Part shown: one piece after another, positions 46,777 to 56,501 of the stretch
Layout of the letters: the number at the start of each line of letters is the position of its first letter
How positions within the stretch are numbered: the first letter of the stretch is position 1
Source of the DNA: Bacillota bacterium
GTDB lineage: Bacteria; Bacillota; Clostridia; Monoglobales; Firm-18
Direction: 5' to 3'
Assembly (NCBI GenBank): GCA_022706765.1
Contig: JAKJBX010000001.1
Location: 140,534 to 204,533, forward strand
DNA: 64,000 nt
Program-made: the position numbers and the translations under genes
The notes under the pieces: generated by a model
What the model was told of the DNA's origin: nothing
What the model saw: only the letters and a program-made list of their open reading frames with translations
The model's database searches: none

Positions 46777-46780
46777 AGGT

Positions 46781-47557
46781 ATGACAGAGGTCATTGCGGT
46801 GGTATCAGGCAAGGGCGGAGTCGGCAAGACCACAACAACGGCGAATATCGGTACGGCGCTTGCCTCTATGGGGCATAAGGTGCTGCTCATCGACGGAGAT
46901 GTGGGGCTTCGCAACCTCGACATTTCGCTGGGCATGCAGGACAGGGTGGTCTACCACTTTTTGGACGTGATGCAGGGCGTCTGCAAATTTTCCGATGCGG
47001 TCATCGTCGACGACCGTTATGCGGGGCTAAACTTTTTGTCCGCACCGCACAACGCAAACGGCGCCGACATCGACAAGGAAGGGTTCAGGTCGCTTGTCGA
47101 CAGTCTGCGCAGCCACTATGACTACATTATCATCGACTGTGCCGCCGGCATTGACGACAGCTTTGTGATGGCGTCTCTTGCGGCGGACAGGGCGATCATC
47201 GTGTCCACACCCGAGTTGATCTCCATCCGTGACGCTGACTGTGTCGCCGCACGTCTTGAAGGCATGGGGCTGACCAATGTTTTTTTAATAATTAACAGAA
47301 TAAATATTGACATGATTAAAAAAGGTGATATGATAGATATTGATACCATTATGAACACAGTGGCGGTTCCGCTCATCGGCGCAGTGCCTGACGACAGCGC
47401 CGTCACGGTATCTAACAACCGGGGAAGACCTGTCGTCCTGTCGACCAAGCTGCGGTGCGGCATGGCGTTTTTGAACATCGCCAAGCGTATTTTGGGCAAA
47501 AAGGTGCCGATATTGAAGGACGAGAAGAAGGGTCTTTTTGGACTGTTCAAACGATAA
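46781..47557 (+). CDS. minD: septum site-determining ATPase MinD
   Basis: It has the deviant Walker A GKGGVGKTT and a C-terminal amphipathic membrane-targeting helix KKGLFGLFKR. No minC or minE gene is adjacent. Confidence 0.9.
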   Translation: MTEVIAVVSGKGGVGKTTTTANIGTALASMGHKVLLIDGDVGLRNLDISLGMQDRVVYHFLDVMQGVCKFSDAVIVDDRYAGLNFLSAPHNANGADIDKEGFRSLVDSLRSHYDYIIIDCAAGIDDSFVMASLAADRAIIVSTPELISIRDADCVAARLEGMGLTNVFLIINRINIDMIKKGDMIDIDTIMNTVAVPLIGAVPDDSAVTVSNNRGRPVVLSTKLRCGMAFLNIAKRILGKKVPILKDEKKGLFGLFKR

Positions 47558-47576
47558 ATAAAGCGAGGTAGAGGGT

Positions 47577-47993
47577 ATGAACATAGCACTGATTGCGCAC
47601 GACAAAAAGAAGGAGCTTATGGTGGAATTTTGCATCGCCTACTGCGGGATCCTCAGCAAGCACAATTTAGTCGCCACGGGCACGACCGGTTCTTTGATCA
47701 TTGAAGCGACGGGGCTGAATGTTCATCGGTTTCTGTCGGGACCGCAGGGCGGCGACCAGCAGATTGGGGCAAGGATCGCCTATAACGAAATTGATTTGGT
47801 GCTGTTCTTCCGTGACCCGCTGACCGCACAGCCGCACGAACCGGACGTTAATGCGCTGCTGCGCCTTTGCGACGTACATAACATTCCGCTTGCGACCAAC
47901 GTGGCGACCGCCGAGGTTTTGATCCAGGGTCTTGCGCGGGGCGACCTCGACTGGCGCAACATCGTCAACCCCAAAAGCACTACGGGGCTGTGA
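47577..47993 (+). CDS. mgsA: methylglyoxal synthase
   Basis: Contains [20 protein letters not shown] and [13 protein letters not shown]. Confidence 0.9.
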   Translation: MNIALIAHDKKKELMVEFCIAYCGILSKHNLVATGTTGSLIIEATGLNVHRFLSGPQGGDQQIGARIAYNEIDLVLFFRDPLTAQPHEPDVNALLRLCDVHNIPLATNVATAEVLIQGLARGDLDWRNIVNPKSTTGL

Positions 47994-48019
47994 GATGCGG
48001 GCTGTATTAAGGATTGCAG

Positions 48020-48112
48020 CATTTTTTAGGTGCACAGCCGAAAGACATTGCCAGGGAAACAATTAAATGCTTTTGTGTTGCGGGAAATTTAGCAATTTCC
48101 CACAACACAAAA
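48020..48112 (+). repeat. copy of the hairpin plus CATTTAATT repeat family (inverted relative to 22592-22812)
   Basis: The hairpin ttgtgttgcgggaaat-ttagca-atttcccacaacacaa has 16 bp with one mismatch. The reverse complement reads ..acaaaagcatttaattgtttccctggcaa.., matching aaaaacatttaattgattccttggcaa. Confidence 0.55.
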
Positions 48113-48126
48113 TATAAACAGCCGTC

Positions 48127-48155
48127 TTGTCAAAAGGCGGCTTTTATTGTATAAT
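48127..48155 (+). promoter_or_regulatory. sigma-A promoter of dapF
   Basis: TTGTCA (48127-48132), a 17-nt spacer, then TATAAT (48150-48155). Confidence 0.5.
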
Positions 48156-48203
48156 AAGGTAATCTACCATGGGTGACATCTAAAATTGTTTGGAGGAACA
48201 AAG

Positions 48204-49040
48204 ATGAAATTCACAAAAATGCACGGCATAGGAAACGATTACATTTATATAAACGGCTTTGAGGAGCAGGTCGCCGACCCTTCGACGCTTGCCATTCAGA
48301 TGAGCGACAGGCATTTCGGTGTCGGATCCGACGGGCTGGTGCTGATTATGCCGTCCGAGCGTGCGGACTTCCGTATGCGGATGTTCAATTCCGACGGTAG
48401 CGAGTCGGAGATGTGCGGCAATGCCACACGCTGTATCGGCAAATATGTTTATGATAAGGGACTGACCGACAAGACGGAGGTCTCGCTCGAAACGCTTGCA
48501 GGCGTCAAGTACCTGACGCTGCATCTGACGGACGGTATGGTCGAGCGGGTGCGTGTCGACATGGGCGAGCCTGTCCTGACGCCCCAGCTTATTCCCGTGG
48601 ATTACACCGGCGACGGTGAGTTCGTCGACAAAATCATCTCCGTCGGCGGCGAGGAATATGCCGTCACCTGTGTGTCGATGGGCAACCCCCATGCTGTGAC
48701 CTATATGGACGATTTGAAGGACCTTGAAATTGAAAAAATCGGACCGAAGTTTGAAAACCACTCAATTTTCCCAAAGCGCACCAACACCGAGTTTGTCCAA
48801 GTCATCAGCCGCAGCGTTCTGCGTATGCGTGTGTGGGAGCGCGGTGCGGGCGAAACGCTTGCCTGCGGCACGGGCGCGTGCGCCGTTTTGGTAGCGTCGG
48901 TTTTAAACGGACTGGCTGACCGTACCGCCACGGTGCAGCTTTTGGGCGGCGACTTGCAGATTTCATGGGACGAAGCGGACAATCACGTCTATATGACCGG
49001 ACCCGCAACCACGGTGTTCGAGGGTGTTTGGGGCGATTAA
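48204..49040 (+). CDS. dapF: diaminopimelate epimerase
   Basis: Contains [14 protein letters not shown] and both catalytic Cys motifs ([23 protein letters not shown]). GGAGG lies 7 nt before ATG 48204. Confidence 0.9.
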   Translation: MKFTKMHGIGNDYIYINGFEEQVADPSTLAIQMSDRHFGVGSDGLVLIMPSERADFRMRMFNSDGSESEMCGNATRCIGKYVYDKGLTDKTEVSLETLAGVKYLTLHLTDGMVERVRVDMGEPVLTPQLIPVDYTGDGEFVDKIISVGGEEYAVTCVSMGNPHAVTYMDDLKDLEIEKIGPKFENHSIFPKRTNTEFVQVISRSVLRMRVWERGAGETLACGTGACAVLVASVLNGLADRTATVQLLGGDLQISWDEADNHVYMTGPATTVFEGVWGD

Positions 49041-49109
49041 TCTAAGAAAAAATCAGCGCAGACGGATTCACTTCGCCGGAGCGCAATTAAATTCAAAGGA
49101 CTGGTATAT

Positions 49110-50342
49110 TTGACACTGGTAAACGAAAATTACTTAAAGCTTCAAGGGAGCTATCTGTTCTCGGAAATCGCAAAACGTGTGAACGCCTTTGCGTCGGCAC
49201 ATCCCGACAAAAAGGTCATCCGACTGGGCATCGGCGACGTGACGCTGCCGCTGCCGCAGGCGTGCATCGACGCCATGCACAAGGCGGTCGACGAGATGGC
49301 GGAACAATCAACCTTTCGGGGCTACGGTCCGGAGCAGGGCTATGACTTTCTGATTGAGAAAATCATCGCGAACGACTATGCGCCCAAGGGCATTGACATC
49401 GGCATTGATGAGGTGTTCATCAGCGACGGCTCCAAAAGCGACACCGGCAACATCGGCGACATCTTTGGCGCCGACAACATCGTTGCGGTGACCGACCCGG
49501 TCTATCCCGTGTATGTCGACACGAACATCATGGGCGGGCGCAGCGGCGACCTTCTGCCCGGTGGCAAGTGGAGCAAAATCGTCTATATCCCCTGCACGGC
49601 GGAGAACAATTTTGTGCCGTCCATCCCGACCGAAAAGGTCGACATCATCTACCTGTGCTTTCCGAACAACCCGACGGGCACGACCATTACGAGGGATGAG
49701 CTAAAAAAATGGGTAGATTATGCCAGAGAAAACAAGGTCGTCATTTTGTATGACGCCGCATATGAGGCGTATATTTCAGAGCCTGACGTCGCAAGGAGCA
49801 TCTATGAAATCGCCGGTGCAAAGGAAGTCGCCATTGAATTCCGCAGCTTTTCAAAGAACGCCGGCTTTACGGGAACACGCTGCGCATTTGCGGTCGTGCC
49901 CAAGGCGCTCTGCGCCTACACTAAGGGCGGCGAGAAGGTTCAGGTCAATCCGCTGTGGAACAGAAGGCACTCGACCAAGTTCAACGGCACGCCGTATATT
50001 ATCCAGAGGGGCGCCGAGGCGGCATATTCCGATATGGGAAAAGCACAAATTGCCGGTATGATCGCATATTATATGGAAAATGCCAAAATCATACGTGAGG
50101 GCGTCCGTGAAATGGGCATTTCGGTGTTCGGAGGCGTCAATGCGCCTTATATCTGGCTCAAAACCCCGAGCGGACTTTCGTCGTGGGCATTTTTTGATAA
50201 GCTGCTCAGCGAAGCGAACGTCGTGGGAACGCCAGGCGTCGGCTTTGGACCGAGCGGCGAAGGATATTTTCGACTCACTGCTTTTGGCAGCCGTGAGAAC
50301 ACCGCCGAGGCGGTATCCCGGCTTAAAACGCTAAAATTCTGA
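49110..50342 (+). CDS. dapL: LL-diaminopimelate aminotransferase
   Basis: The N-terminus [20 protein letters not shown] and the PLP lysine region [15 protein letters not shown] are typical of DapL. It uses a TTG start. Confidence 0.85.
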   Translation: MTLVNENYLKLQGSYLFSEIAKRVNAFASAHPDKKVIRLGIGDVTLPLPQACIDAMHKAVDEMAEQSTFRGYGPEQGYDFLIEKIIANDYAPKGIDIGIDEVFISDGSKSDTGNIGDIFGADNIVAVTDPVYPVYVDTNIMGGRSGDLLPGGKWSKIVYIPCTAENNFVPSIPTEKVDIIYLCFPNNPTGTTITRDELKKWVDYARENKVVILYDAAYEAYISEPDVARSIYEIAGAKEVAIEFRSFSKNAGFTGTRCAFAVVPKALCAYTKGGEKVQVNPLWNRRHSTKFNGTPYIIQRGAEAAYSDMGKAQIAGMIAYYMENAKIIREGVREMGISVFGGVNAPYIWLKTPSGLSSWAFFDKLLSEANVVGTPGVGFGPSGEGYFRLTAFGSRENTAEAVSRLKTLKF

Positions 50343-50360
50343 TTCGGGCGGGGGCTTTAT

Positions 50361-51011
50361 ATGCTGTTTAAAAGAATACGTGAGGATATCAAGGTCATCA
50401 TGGAACGCGACCCTGCGGCGAGAAGTGCGTGGGAGGTCTATTTTTTGTACCCCGGGCTGCGTGCGGTCATCAGCCACAGGCGTGCCAGCTGGTTTTACCG
50501 GCACAATATGCACTTTATCGCGCGCTATATTTCGCAGCGGTGCAGGGATAAGACCGGTATTGAGATCCACCCTGCTGCGACCATTGGCAAGGGACTTTTC
50601 ATCGACCACGGCACCGGCGTCGTCATCGGCGAAACGGCAGTCGTCGGCGACAACTGCACCATCTATCAGGGCGTCACGCTGGGCGGTACCGGTAAGGATA
50701 CCGGCAAACGCCATCCGACCATCGGCAACAACGTCACCATCGGCAGCGGCGCAAAGGTTTTGGGTCCGTTCACCGTGGGCGACAACTCCAAGATTGCGGC
50801 AAATGCGGTTGTTTTATCCGAGGTGCCGCCGAACAGCACCTGCGTCGGCGTGCCGGGCAGGATCGTCAAGATTGACGACAAGCGTGTCAATTCCATCTGC
50901 GATCTTGACCAGATCCACATCCCCGACCCGATTTCCATGGAGCTTTGCAAGCTGTTGCTCAGGATCGAAAAGCTTGAAAACAAGGGAGAAGCAAAAGATG
51001 AGACTGTATAA
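50361..51011 (+). CDS. cysE: serine O-acetyltransferase
   Basis: Contains ERDPAARS and hexapeptide repeats ([24 protein letters not shown]). Confidence 0.9.
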   Translation: MLFKRIREDIKVIMERDPAARSAWEVYFLYPGLRAVISHRRASWFYRHNMHFIARYISQRCRDKTGIEIHPAATIGKGLFIDHGTGVVIGETAVVGDNCTIYQGVTLGGTGKDTGKRHPTIGNNVTIGSGAKVLGPFTVGDNSKIAANAVVLSEVPPNSTCVGVPGRIVKIDDKRVNSICDLDQIHIPDPISMELCKLLLRIEKLENKGEAKDETV

Positions 51012-52386
51012 TACGCTGACCAGACGAAAAGAGGAATTTAAGCCGCTGTGCAGCGGCGAGGTGAAGATGTACTCGTGCGGTCCGACGGTGTATAACTATT
51101 TCCACATCGGCAACGCCCGCCCGTTCATCGTTTTTGACACCCTCCGCCGGTATTTTGAATACTGCGGCTATAAGGTGACCTTTGTCCAGAACTTTACCGA
51201 TATTGACGATAAGATGATCAGCCGTGCCAACGACGAGGGCATCACGGTTAAGGCGCTTGGCGAGCGTTTCATTGCGGAATATTTTAAAGACGCTGACGCT
51301 CTGGGCATCCGGCGTGCGACCGTCCACCCCAGGGCGACCGAAAACATCGACGCCATCATCGGCATCATCAAAACGCTGATCGAAAAAGGCAGCGCCTATG
51401 GGTCAGACGGCGACGTATATTTTTCCACACGCTCCTTTGAGGGCTACGGCAAGCTATCGCACCAGCCGCTCGAAGAGCTCGAAGCGGGTGCAAGGATCGA
51501 CGTCAACGAGCAAAAGCAGGACGTCATGGACTTTGCGCTGTGGAAAAAGCAAAAGCCGGGAGAGCCTGCGTGGGAAAGCCCGTGGGGGCTTGGCAGACCG
51601 GGCTGGCACATTGAATGCTCCGCCATGGCGAACAAATACCTCGGTGAAACGATCGACATCCACAGCGGCGGACAGGATCTCATTTTCCCCCACCACGAAA
51701 ACGAGATCGCCCAAAGCGAATGCGCCAACTGCAAGCCGTTCGCACGTTACTGGCTGCACAACGGCTACATCAATATTGACAATCAAAAAATGTCCAAATC
51801 GCTCGGCAATTTCTTTACCGTGCGTGATATATTGGCGGAATTCGACCCCGAAACCGTTCGGTTCTTCATGCTGTCGGCGCATTACAGAAGCCCCGTGAAC
51901 TTTTCCAAGGACCTGATGGTTCAGGCGCAGACAGGGCTTGACAGGCTCTATACCTGCATATATAATTTGGAATTTCTGCTTGAAAGCGCCGCCGAAGGTG
52001 AGGCGGACGAGGGTGTCGCCGCCCTGCTGGACGGCTATAAAAAGGCGTTTTCCGAGGCGATGGACGACGACCTCAACACGGCGCTTGCCATATCGGCGCT
52101 GTTTGATTTGGTCAGGGATGTCAACAGCTTGGTGGGTGCGGACGCAGGCAAGGACACGGTGGTTTTAGCCATCGACACCATTAAAACGCTCGGCGGCGTT
52201 TTGGGTATCCTGCAAAAGCCGCAGGACAAAGGCGTTGACGCCGAAGTCGAAAAGCTGATCGCCGAGCGTCAGCAGGCGCGCAAAGATAAAAATTTTGCAT
52301 TGGCGGATGCCATTCGGGATAAACTAAACGCACAGGGGATTATTTTGGAAGATACGCCAAGCGGCGTGAAATGGCGAAAGCAATAG
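50998..52386 (+). CDS. cysS: cysteine--tRNA ligase
   Basis: Begins [14 protein letters not shown] and contains a HIGN (HIGH-type) motif and KMSKS. ATG 50998 follows GGGAGAAG. The listed 668-aa ORF is an upstream out-of-frame extension over cysE. Confidence 0.95.
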   Translation: MRLYNTLTRRKEEFKPLCSGEVKMYSCGPTVYNYFHIGNARPFIVFDTLRRYFEYCGYKVTFVQNFTDIDDKMISRANDEGITVKALGERFIAEYFKDADALGIRRATVHPRATENIDAIIGIIKTLIEKGSAYGSDGDVYFSTRSFEGYGKLSHQPLEELEAGARIDVNEQKQDVMDFALWKKQKPGEPAWESPWGLGRPGWHIECSAMANKYLGETIDIHSGGQDLIFPHHENEIAQSECANCKPFARYWLHNGYINIDNQKMSKSLGNFFTVRDILAEFDPETVRFFMLSAHYRSPVNFSKDLMVQAQTGLDRLYTCIYNLEFLLESAAEGEADEGVAALLDGYKKAFSEAMDDDLNTALAISALFDLVRDVNSLVGADAGKDTVVLAIDTIKTLGGVLGILQKPQDKGVDAEVEKLIAERQQARKDKNFALADAIRDKLNAQGIILEDTPSGVKWRKQ

Positions 52387-52435
52387 CCGGAGCTTTCGGT
52401 TACTTTGTCCATCCCCTGCGAAAGGGGAGGTTTGT

Positions 52436-53248
52436 TTGGATACCGTGCAAATCAACAAGCTGCGCCATCCGTGCGAGCGCGGCATATACTTTATCTGCGC
52501 GCTCATCAACACGCTTGTCGCCGCATTTTTGGTTGCGGGCGTCTTCCTGATGTGGCGGACGATTGCCTCCGGCGGGGTCATCCAGAACATCTACTATGCG
52601 GCGGCTTCGCTGTATGCGGTTGCCTTTTTCAGCATGGGTACGACCTTTGCCAGCACACGGGTCTACTCGGTACGGGTCAGCGAGGACCAGTTCCCGCAGC
52701 TTTATGAGGTCGCACGGGACTATGCCCGAAAGCTCGGGCTCAAAAGGGTGCCCGCCATCTATATCAAGCACGAAAACGGTCTGCTGAACGCCTTTGCCGC
52801 ATACTTTTGGGGCAGAAATTATGTGCACCTGAATACCGAAATCTTTGAAATCGCCTACTTAGAGCATAAGGACCTCTCAGCGGTATCGTTCATTTTGGCG
52901 CATGAGATGGCGCACATCAAGCTGCTGCACACCCGCTTTTGGTACAACGCCAGCATCCTGCTTGCCAAGTTCATCCCCGTCCTGGGAACGGCGATGACGA
53001 GGGCGCAGGAATACAGCTGCGACAGGATCGCTTTACAGCTTTGCCCTGAGGGCAAGCACGGCATATTCCTGCTGTTGCTTGGTCGGCATCTGTATAAGAA
53101 CGTCAACGTCGACGCCTACCTTGCCCAGGCGGAGCGCACAAAGGGCTGGTTTGAGTTTTTCATCAATTTAAACGCAACGCATCCCGTGAACACACGGCGG
53201 GTGCTTGCCATCTATAAGCCCGAAATGCGGGGGAGGTTATTGTTTTGA
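52436..53248 (+). CDS. M48 family membrane metallopeptidase
   Basis: The HEMAH zinc motif (FILAHEMAHIKLLH) and N-terminal TM helices are present. Confidence 0.75.
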   Translation: MDTVQINKLRHPCERGIYFICALINTLVAAFLVAGVFLMWRTIASGGVIQNIYYAAASLYAVAFFSMGTTFASTRVYSVRVSEDQFPQLYEVARDYARKLGLKRVPAIYIKHENGLLNAFAAYFWGRNYVHLNTEIFEIAYLEHKDLSAVSFILAHEMAHIKLLHTRFWYNASILLAKFIPVLGTAMTRAQEYSCDRIALQLCPEGKHGIFLLLLGRHLYKNVNVDAYLAQAERTKGWFEFFINLNATHPVNTRRVLAIYKPEMRGRLLF

Positions 53249-53272
53249 AGAAACAGTTCAGGTTCCGGACGG

Positions 53273-53662
53273 GTGGTAGGATGCATGGGTAATCTAAACA
53301 GGGCGGACGAATACTCGCCGCTTGTGCTGGCATATATCGGCGATGCGGTTTACGAGCTTTATGTGCGTGAGATGCTGGTGCGCAGGGGCAATATGCCGGT
53401 CGACAAGCTGCACAAGGCGGCGACGATGACGGTCAACGCCTCGGCGCAGAGCGAAAGCTTCAAGCGCATAGAGGACAGGCTGACCGGCGACGAGATCGCC
53501 GTGTTCAAGCGGGGCAGGAACGCGAAGTCCGCCGTCCCGAAGAATGCGGACATGGCGGATTACCGCAGTGCGACGGGGTTAGAGGCACTCATCGGATACA
53601 TATATCTTTCGGGCGGCAAGGTGCGCCTTGACGAGATTATGTCACTGATTTTGGATTCCTAA
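53273..53662 (+). CDS. mrnC: Mini-ribonuclease 3
   Basis: LVLAYIGDAVYELYVRE is an RNase III-like signature. The position after cysS matches B. subtilis. ATG 53285 is an alternative start. Confidence 0.85.
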   Translation: MVGCMGNLNRADEYSPLVLAYIGDAVYELYVREMLVRRGNMPVDKLHKAATMTVNASAQSESFKRIEDRLTGDEIAVFKRGRNAKSAVPKNADMADYRSATGLEALIGYIYLSGGKVRLDEIMSLILDS

Positions 53663-53852
53663 TATCCAATTAAACGCCCAATATCCTTTGCGGCGATTTT
53701 GCCGTGATACTTTGTTGGCAGAACCCGCCGATAAACAAATTATTGCCGGAACCTGCCGCCTCGTCTGACGGTAAAATCACGCGCAATTATATCGTGTCTT
53801 TAATTGGATATTCGTATCAAATCAGTGAATATTTTTGTGCGGATGATGATGC

Positions 53853-54725
53853 GTGAAAAAAATCTTTTCAATTGCTGTAAACTATGCTATAATAATATTC
53901 GGTGTTTTGGCGGCGGCTCTTGCAGTCACGCTGTTTCTTTCGCCTAACAGGCTTGCGGGCGGGGGGATCAGCGGCCTGGCAATCGTGCTGCATTATATCA
54001 CCGGCTTTCCCATCGGCGTGATCGCCATTGCGTTTAACATCCCGCTTTTTTTGCTGGGTATGCGAAACGACGGCAGGGCATTTGCGATAAAATCCATTGC
54101 CGCAACCGTGCTACTGTCGGTGTTCATCGACCTTTTTTCCGGCTTGCCGGCGCTGACGGACGACTTGCTGCTCGCCTCGGTGTTCGGCGGCGTCATGATG
54201 GGTCTAGGACTTGGGCTGGTGTTTGTGTCGGATTCCACAACGGGCGGCACGGACATCGTGGCAAAGCTTTTGCAGCGCATATTCCGGCATATACCGATTG
54301 GGCGTCTTTTGCTGTTTGCGGACGTTTCGGTCATTTTGTTTGCGACCGTGGTTTTCGGGGACATCACAATCGGGCTTTATTCGACGATATCGCTCTATGC
54401 GTCAACATATATGATCGACACCATCATCGACGGCGGCAAGTTCGCCAAGACCGTTTTTGTCATTTCAAACCGCCACAGGGAAATTGCGGCAGCCATTAAC
54501 CGGGATTTGAAACGGGGCGTCACGGGGCTTTACGGCTGCGGCATGTACAGCGGGCAGGATAAGGTCGTCCTGATGTGCACCGTCAAACGCAACCAGATAC
54601 CGGTACTCAAAGACATGGTCAAAAAGCTCGACAGCTCGGCTTTTGTGATTCTGACCGACGTCAGAGAGGTGCTGGGCGAAGGCTTCATCAATAACAAGGG
54701 AGGAAACCAGTTTGAACAACCATGA
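53853..54725 (+). CDS. YitT family membrane protein (DUF2179 C-terminal domain)
   Basis: The repeated YitT membrane domain contains GGGISG and GGTD motifs. It uses a GTG start. Confidence 0.8.
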   Translation: MKKIFSIAVNYAIIIFGVLAAALAVTLFLSPNRLAGGGISGLAIVLHYITGFPIGVIAIAFNIPLFLLGMRNDGRAFAIKSIAATVLLSVFIDLFSGLPALTDDLLLASVFGGVMMGLGLGLVFVSDSTTGGTDIVAKLLQRIFRHIPIGRLLLFADVSVILFATVVFGDITIGLYSTISLYASTYMIDTIIDGGKFAKTVFVISNRHREIAAAINRDLKRGVTGLYGCGMYSGQDKVVLMCTVKRNQIPVLKDMVKKLDSSAFVILTDVREVLGEGFINNKGGNQFEQP

Positions 54726-55554
54726 ATTGAAACTCATCGCCGCTAAGGTGAGGCGTCACGTTTTGGACGCAGTACATAGCGCCGCCTCGGGGCATCCGGG
54801 AGGATCGCTGTCCATCAGCGACATTTTGACATTGCTCTATTTTGAGGAGATGCAAAACCTCGACACCCAAACCCCCAAAAACCCTGACCGTGACAGGTTT
54901 GTGCTGTCAAAGGGTCATTGTTCGCCAGCACTGTACGGCATCCTTGCCGAAAGGGGCTTTTTCGACAAGTCGCTCATCACCGGCTTTCGTCAGACTGACT
55001 GCTGCCTGCAAGGACATCCGAGCCTCAAAGACGTTGCCGGCGTCGATATGTCGACCGGCTCGCTCGGTCAGGGCATTTCAGCGGCAAACGGTATGGCACT
55101 GTCGGCAAAGCTCGACGGCAAAGACTACCGTGTCTACACCATCCTCGGCGATGGCGAGTGCGAGGAAGGGCAGGTTTGGGAGGCGGCGATGTTTGCCGCA
55201 CATTATAAGCTGGACAACCTTTGCGCCGTCCTCGACTTCAACGGCTTGCAGATAGACGGCAACATCGCCGACGTGATGTCGCCGCTCCCTCTGGACGAAA
55301 AGTTTAAAGCGTTCAATTGGAACGTCATTTTGGTCGACGCACATGATTTCGACTCGCTCCGCAGCGGCTTTGCTCAGGCAAGGGTGTGCAAGGGCAAGCC
55401 TTCGATCCTGATTGCCAAAAGCGTCAAGGGCAAGGGCGTGTCGTTTATGGAAAACAACGCAGGCTGGCACGGCAACGCGCCCAACGACGAGCAATATGCG
55501 CAGGCGGTCAGCGAGATTGATGCGGTCATCAAAGAACTGGGGGGCGAAATATAA
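54712..55554 (+). CDS. transketolase, N-terminal subunit
   Basis: SGHPGGSLS and GDGECEEGQVWEA are TPP-binding motifs. This is the split tkt arrangement. GGGAGGA lies 7 nt before TTG 54712. Confidence 0.9.
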   Translation: MNNHELKLIAAKVRRHVLDAVHSAASGHPGGSLSISDILTLLYFEEMQNLDTQTPKNPDRDRFVLSKGHCSPALYGILAERGFFDKSLITGFRQTDCCLQGHPSLKDVAGVDMSTGSLGQGISAANGMALSAKLDGKDYRVYTILGDGECEEGQVWEAAMFAAHYKLDNLCAVLDFNGLQIDGNIADVMSPLPLDEKFKAFNWNVILVDAHDFDSLRSGFAQARVCKGKPSILIAKSVKGKGVSFMENNAGWHGNAPNDEQYAQAVSEIDAVIKELGGEI

Positions 55555-56486
55555 TGGCTGATAAGAAAGCGACGAGAGAAGCATACGGCGAGGCGCTTGC
55601 CGAGTTCGGCGGACAATATGACATCGTGGTGTTGGACGCCGACCTTTCCAAGTCGACAAAAACCGAAACCTTTAAGAAAAAATATCCCGAGCGTTTTATA
55701 AACGTCGGCATTGCCGAGGGCAACATGATGTCGACTGCTGCGGGTATCGCCACAACCGGCAAGGTCGTTTTTGCCAGCAGCTTTGCGATGTTTGCGGCGG
55801 GCAGGGCGTTTGAACAGGTCAGAAACTCCATCGCCTATCCGAACCTGAATGTCAAGATCGGCGCCACCCATGCCGGCGTATCGGTCGGCGAGGACGGCGC
55901 GTCGCACCAGGCGGTCGAGGACATCTCATTGATGCGCACCGTGCCGAACATGGTGGTCATCAACCCTGCCGACGCCTATGAGGCAAGGGGCGCCGTTGAG
56001 GCGGCGATCAAGCATGAAGGTCCCGTGTATCTGCGCTTCGGGCGCTTGGCTGTGCCGTATGTCTATGACAGCGGCTATCAGTTCGAGCTGGGCAAGGGCG
56101 TGCAGCTCAAAGATGGCGGCGACGTAACGATCATCGCGACGGGTCTGATGGTGCAGGAAGCCGTCAAAGCGGCTCAGACATTGGCGGACGAGGGCATTTC
56201 GGCACGGGTGGTAAACATCCACACGATCAAGCCGATCGATAAGGACATCATCATCAAAGCGGCAAAGGAGACCGGCGCAATCGTCACGGCAGAGGAGCAC
56301 AGCATCATCGGCGGGCTCGGCAGTGCGGTGGCGGAGGTGCTTTCGGAAAACTACCCGGCTAAGATGGTGCGTGTCGGCATCAATGACGTGTTCGGTAAGT
56401 CGGGCAAGCCTCAGTGCCTGCTCGAAGAGTACGGGCTGACCGCCTGCAATATTGCAAAGCAGACAAAGAAGTTATTAGGCAAATAA
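55554..56486 (+). CDS. transketolase, C-terminal subunit
   Basis: The pyrimidine-binding and C-terminal domains are present (GIAEGNMMSTAAG, EDGASHQAVEDI). The start overlaps the previous stop. Confidence 0.9.
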   Translation: MADKKATREAYGEALAEFGGQYDIVVLDADLSKSTKTETFKKKYPERFINVGIAEGNMMSTAAGIATTGKVVFASSFAMFAAGRAFEQVRNSIAYPNLNVKIGATHAGVSVGEDGASHQAVEDISLMRTVPNMVVINPADAYEARGAVEAAIKHEGPVYLRFGRLAVPYVYDSGYQFELGKGVQLKDGGDVTIIATGLMVQEAVKAAQTLADEGISARVVNIHTIKPIDKDIIIKAAKETGAIVTAEEHSIIGGLGSAVAEVLSENYPAKMVRVGINDVFGKSGKPQCLLEEYGLTACNIAKQTKKLLGK

Positions 56487-56501
56487 AAATTAAGGAGACA
56501 T

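Noticed and set aside
50380-50997. The listed 668-aa ORF has an N-terminal 206-aa extension of cysS that overlaps cysE in another frame.
   Set aside because: The CysS homology begins at MRLYNTLT (ATG 50998), which has its own SD. The upstream part is an Arg/Ala/Ser-rich alternative-frame translation of cysE.
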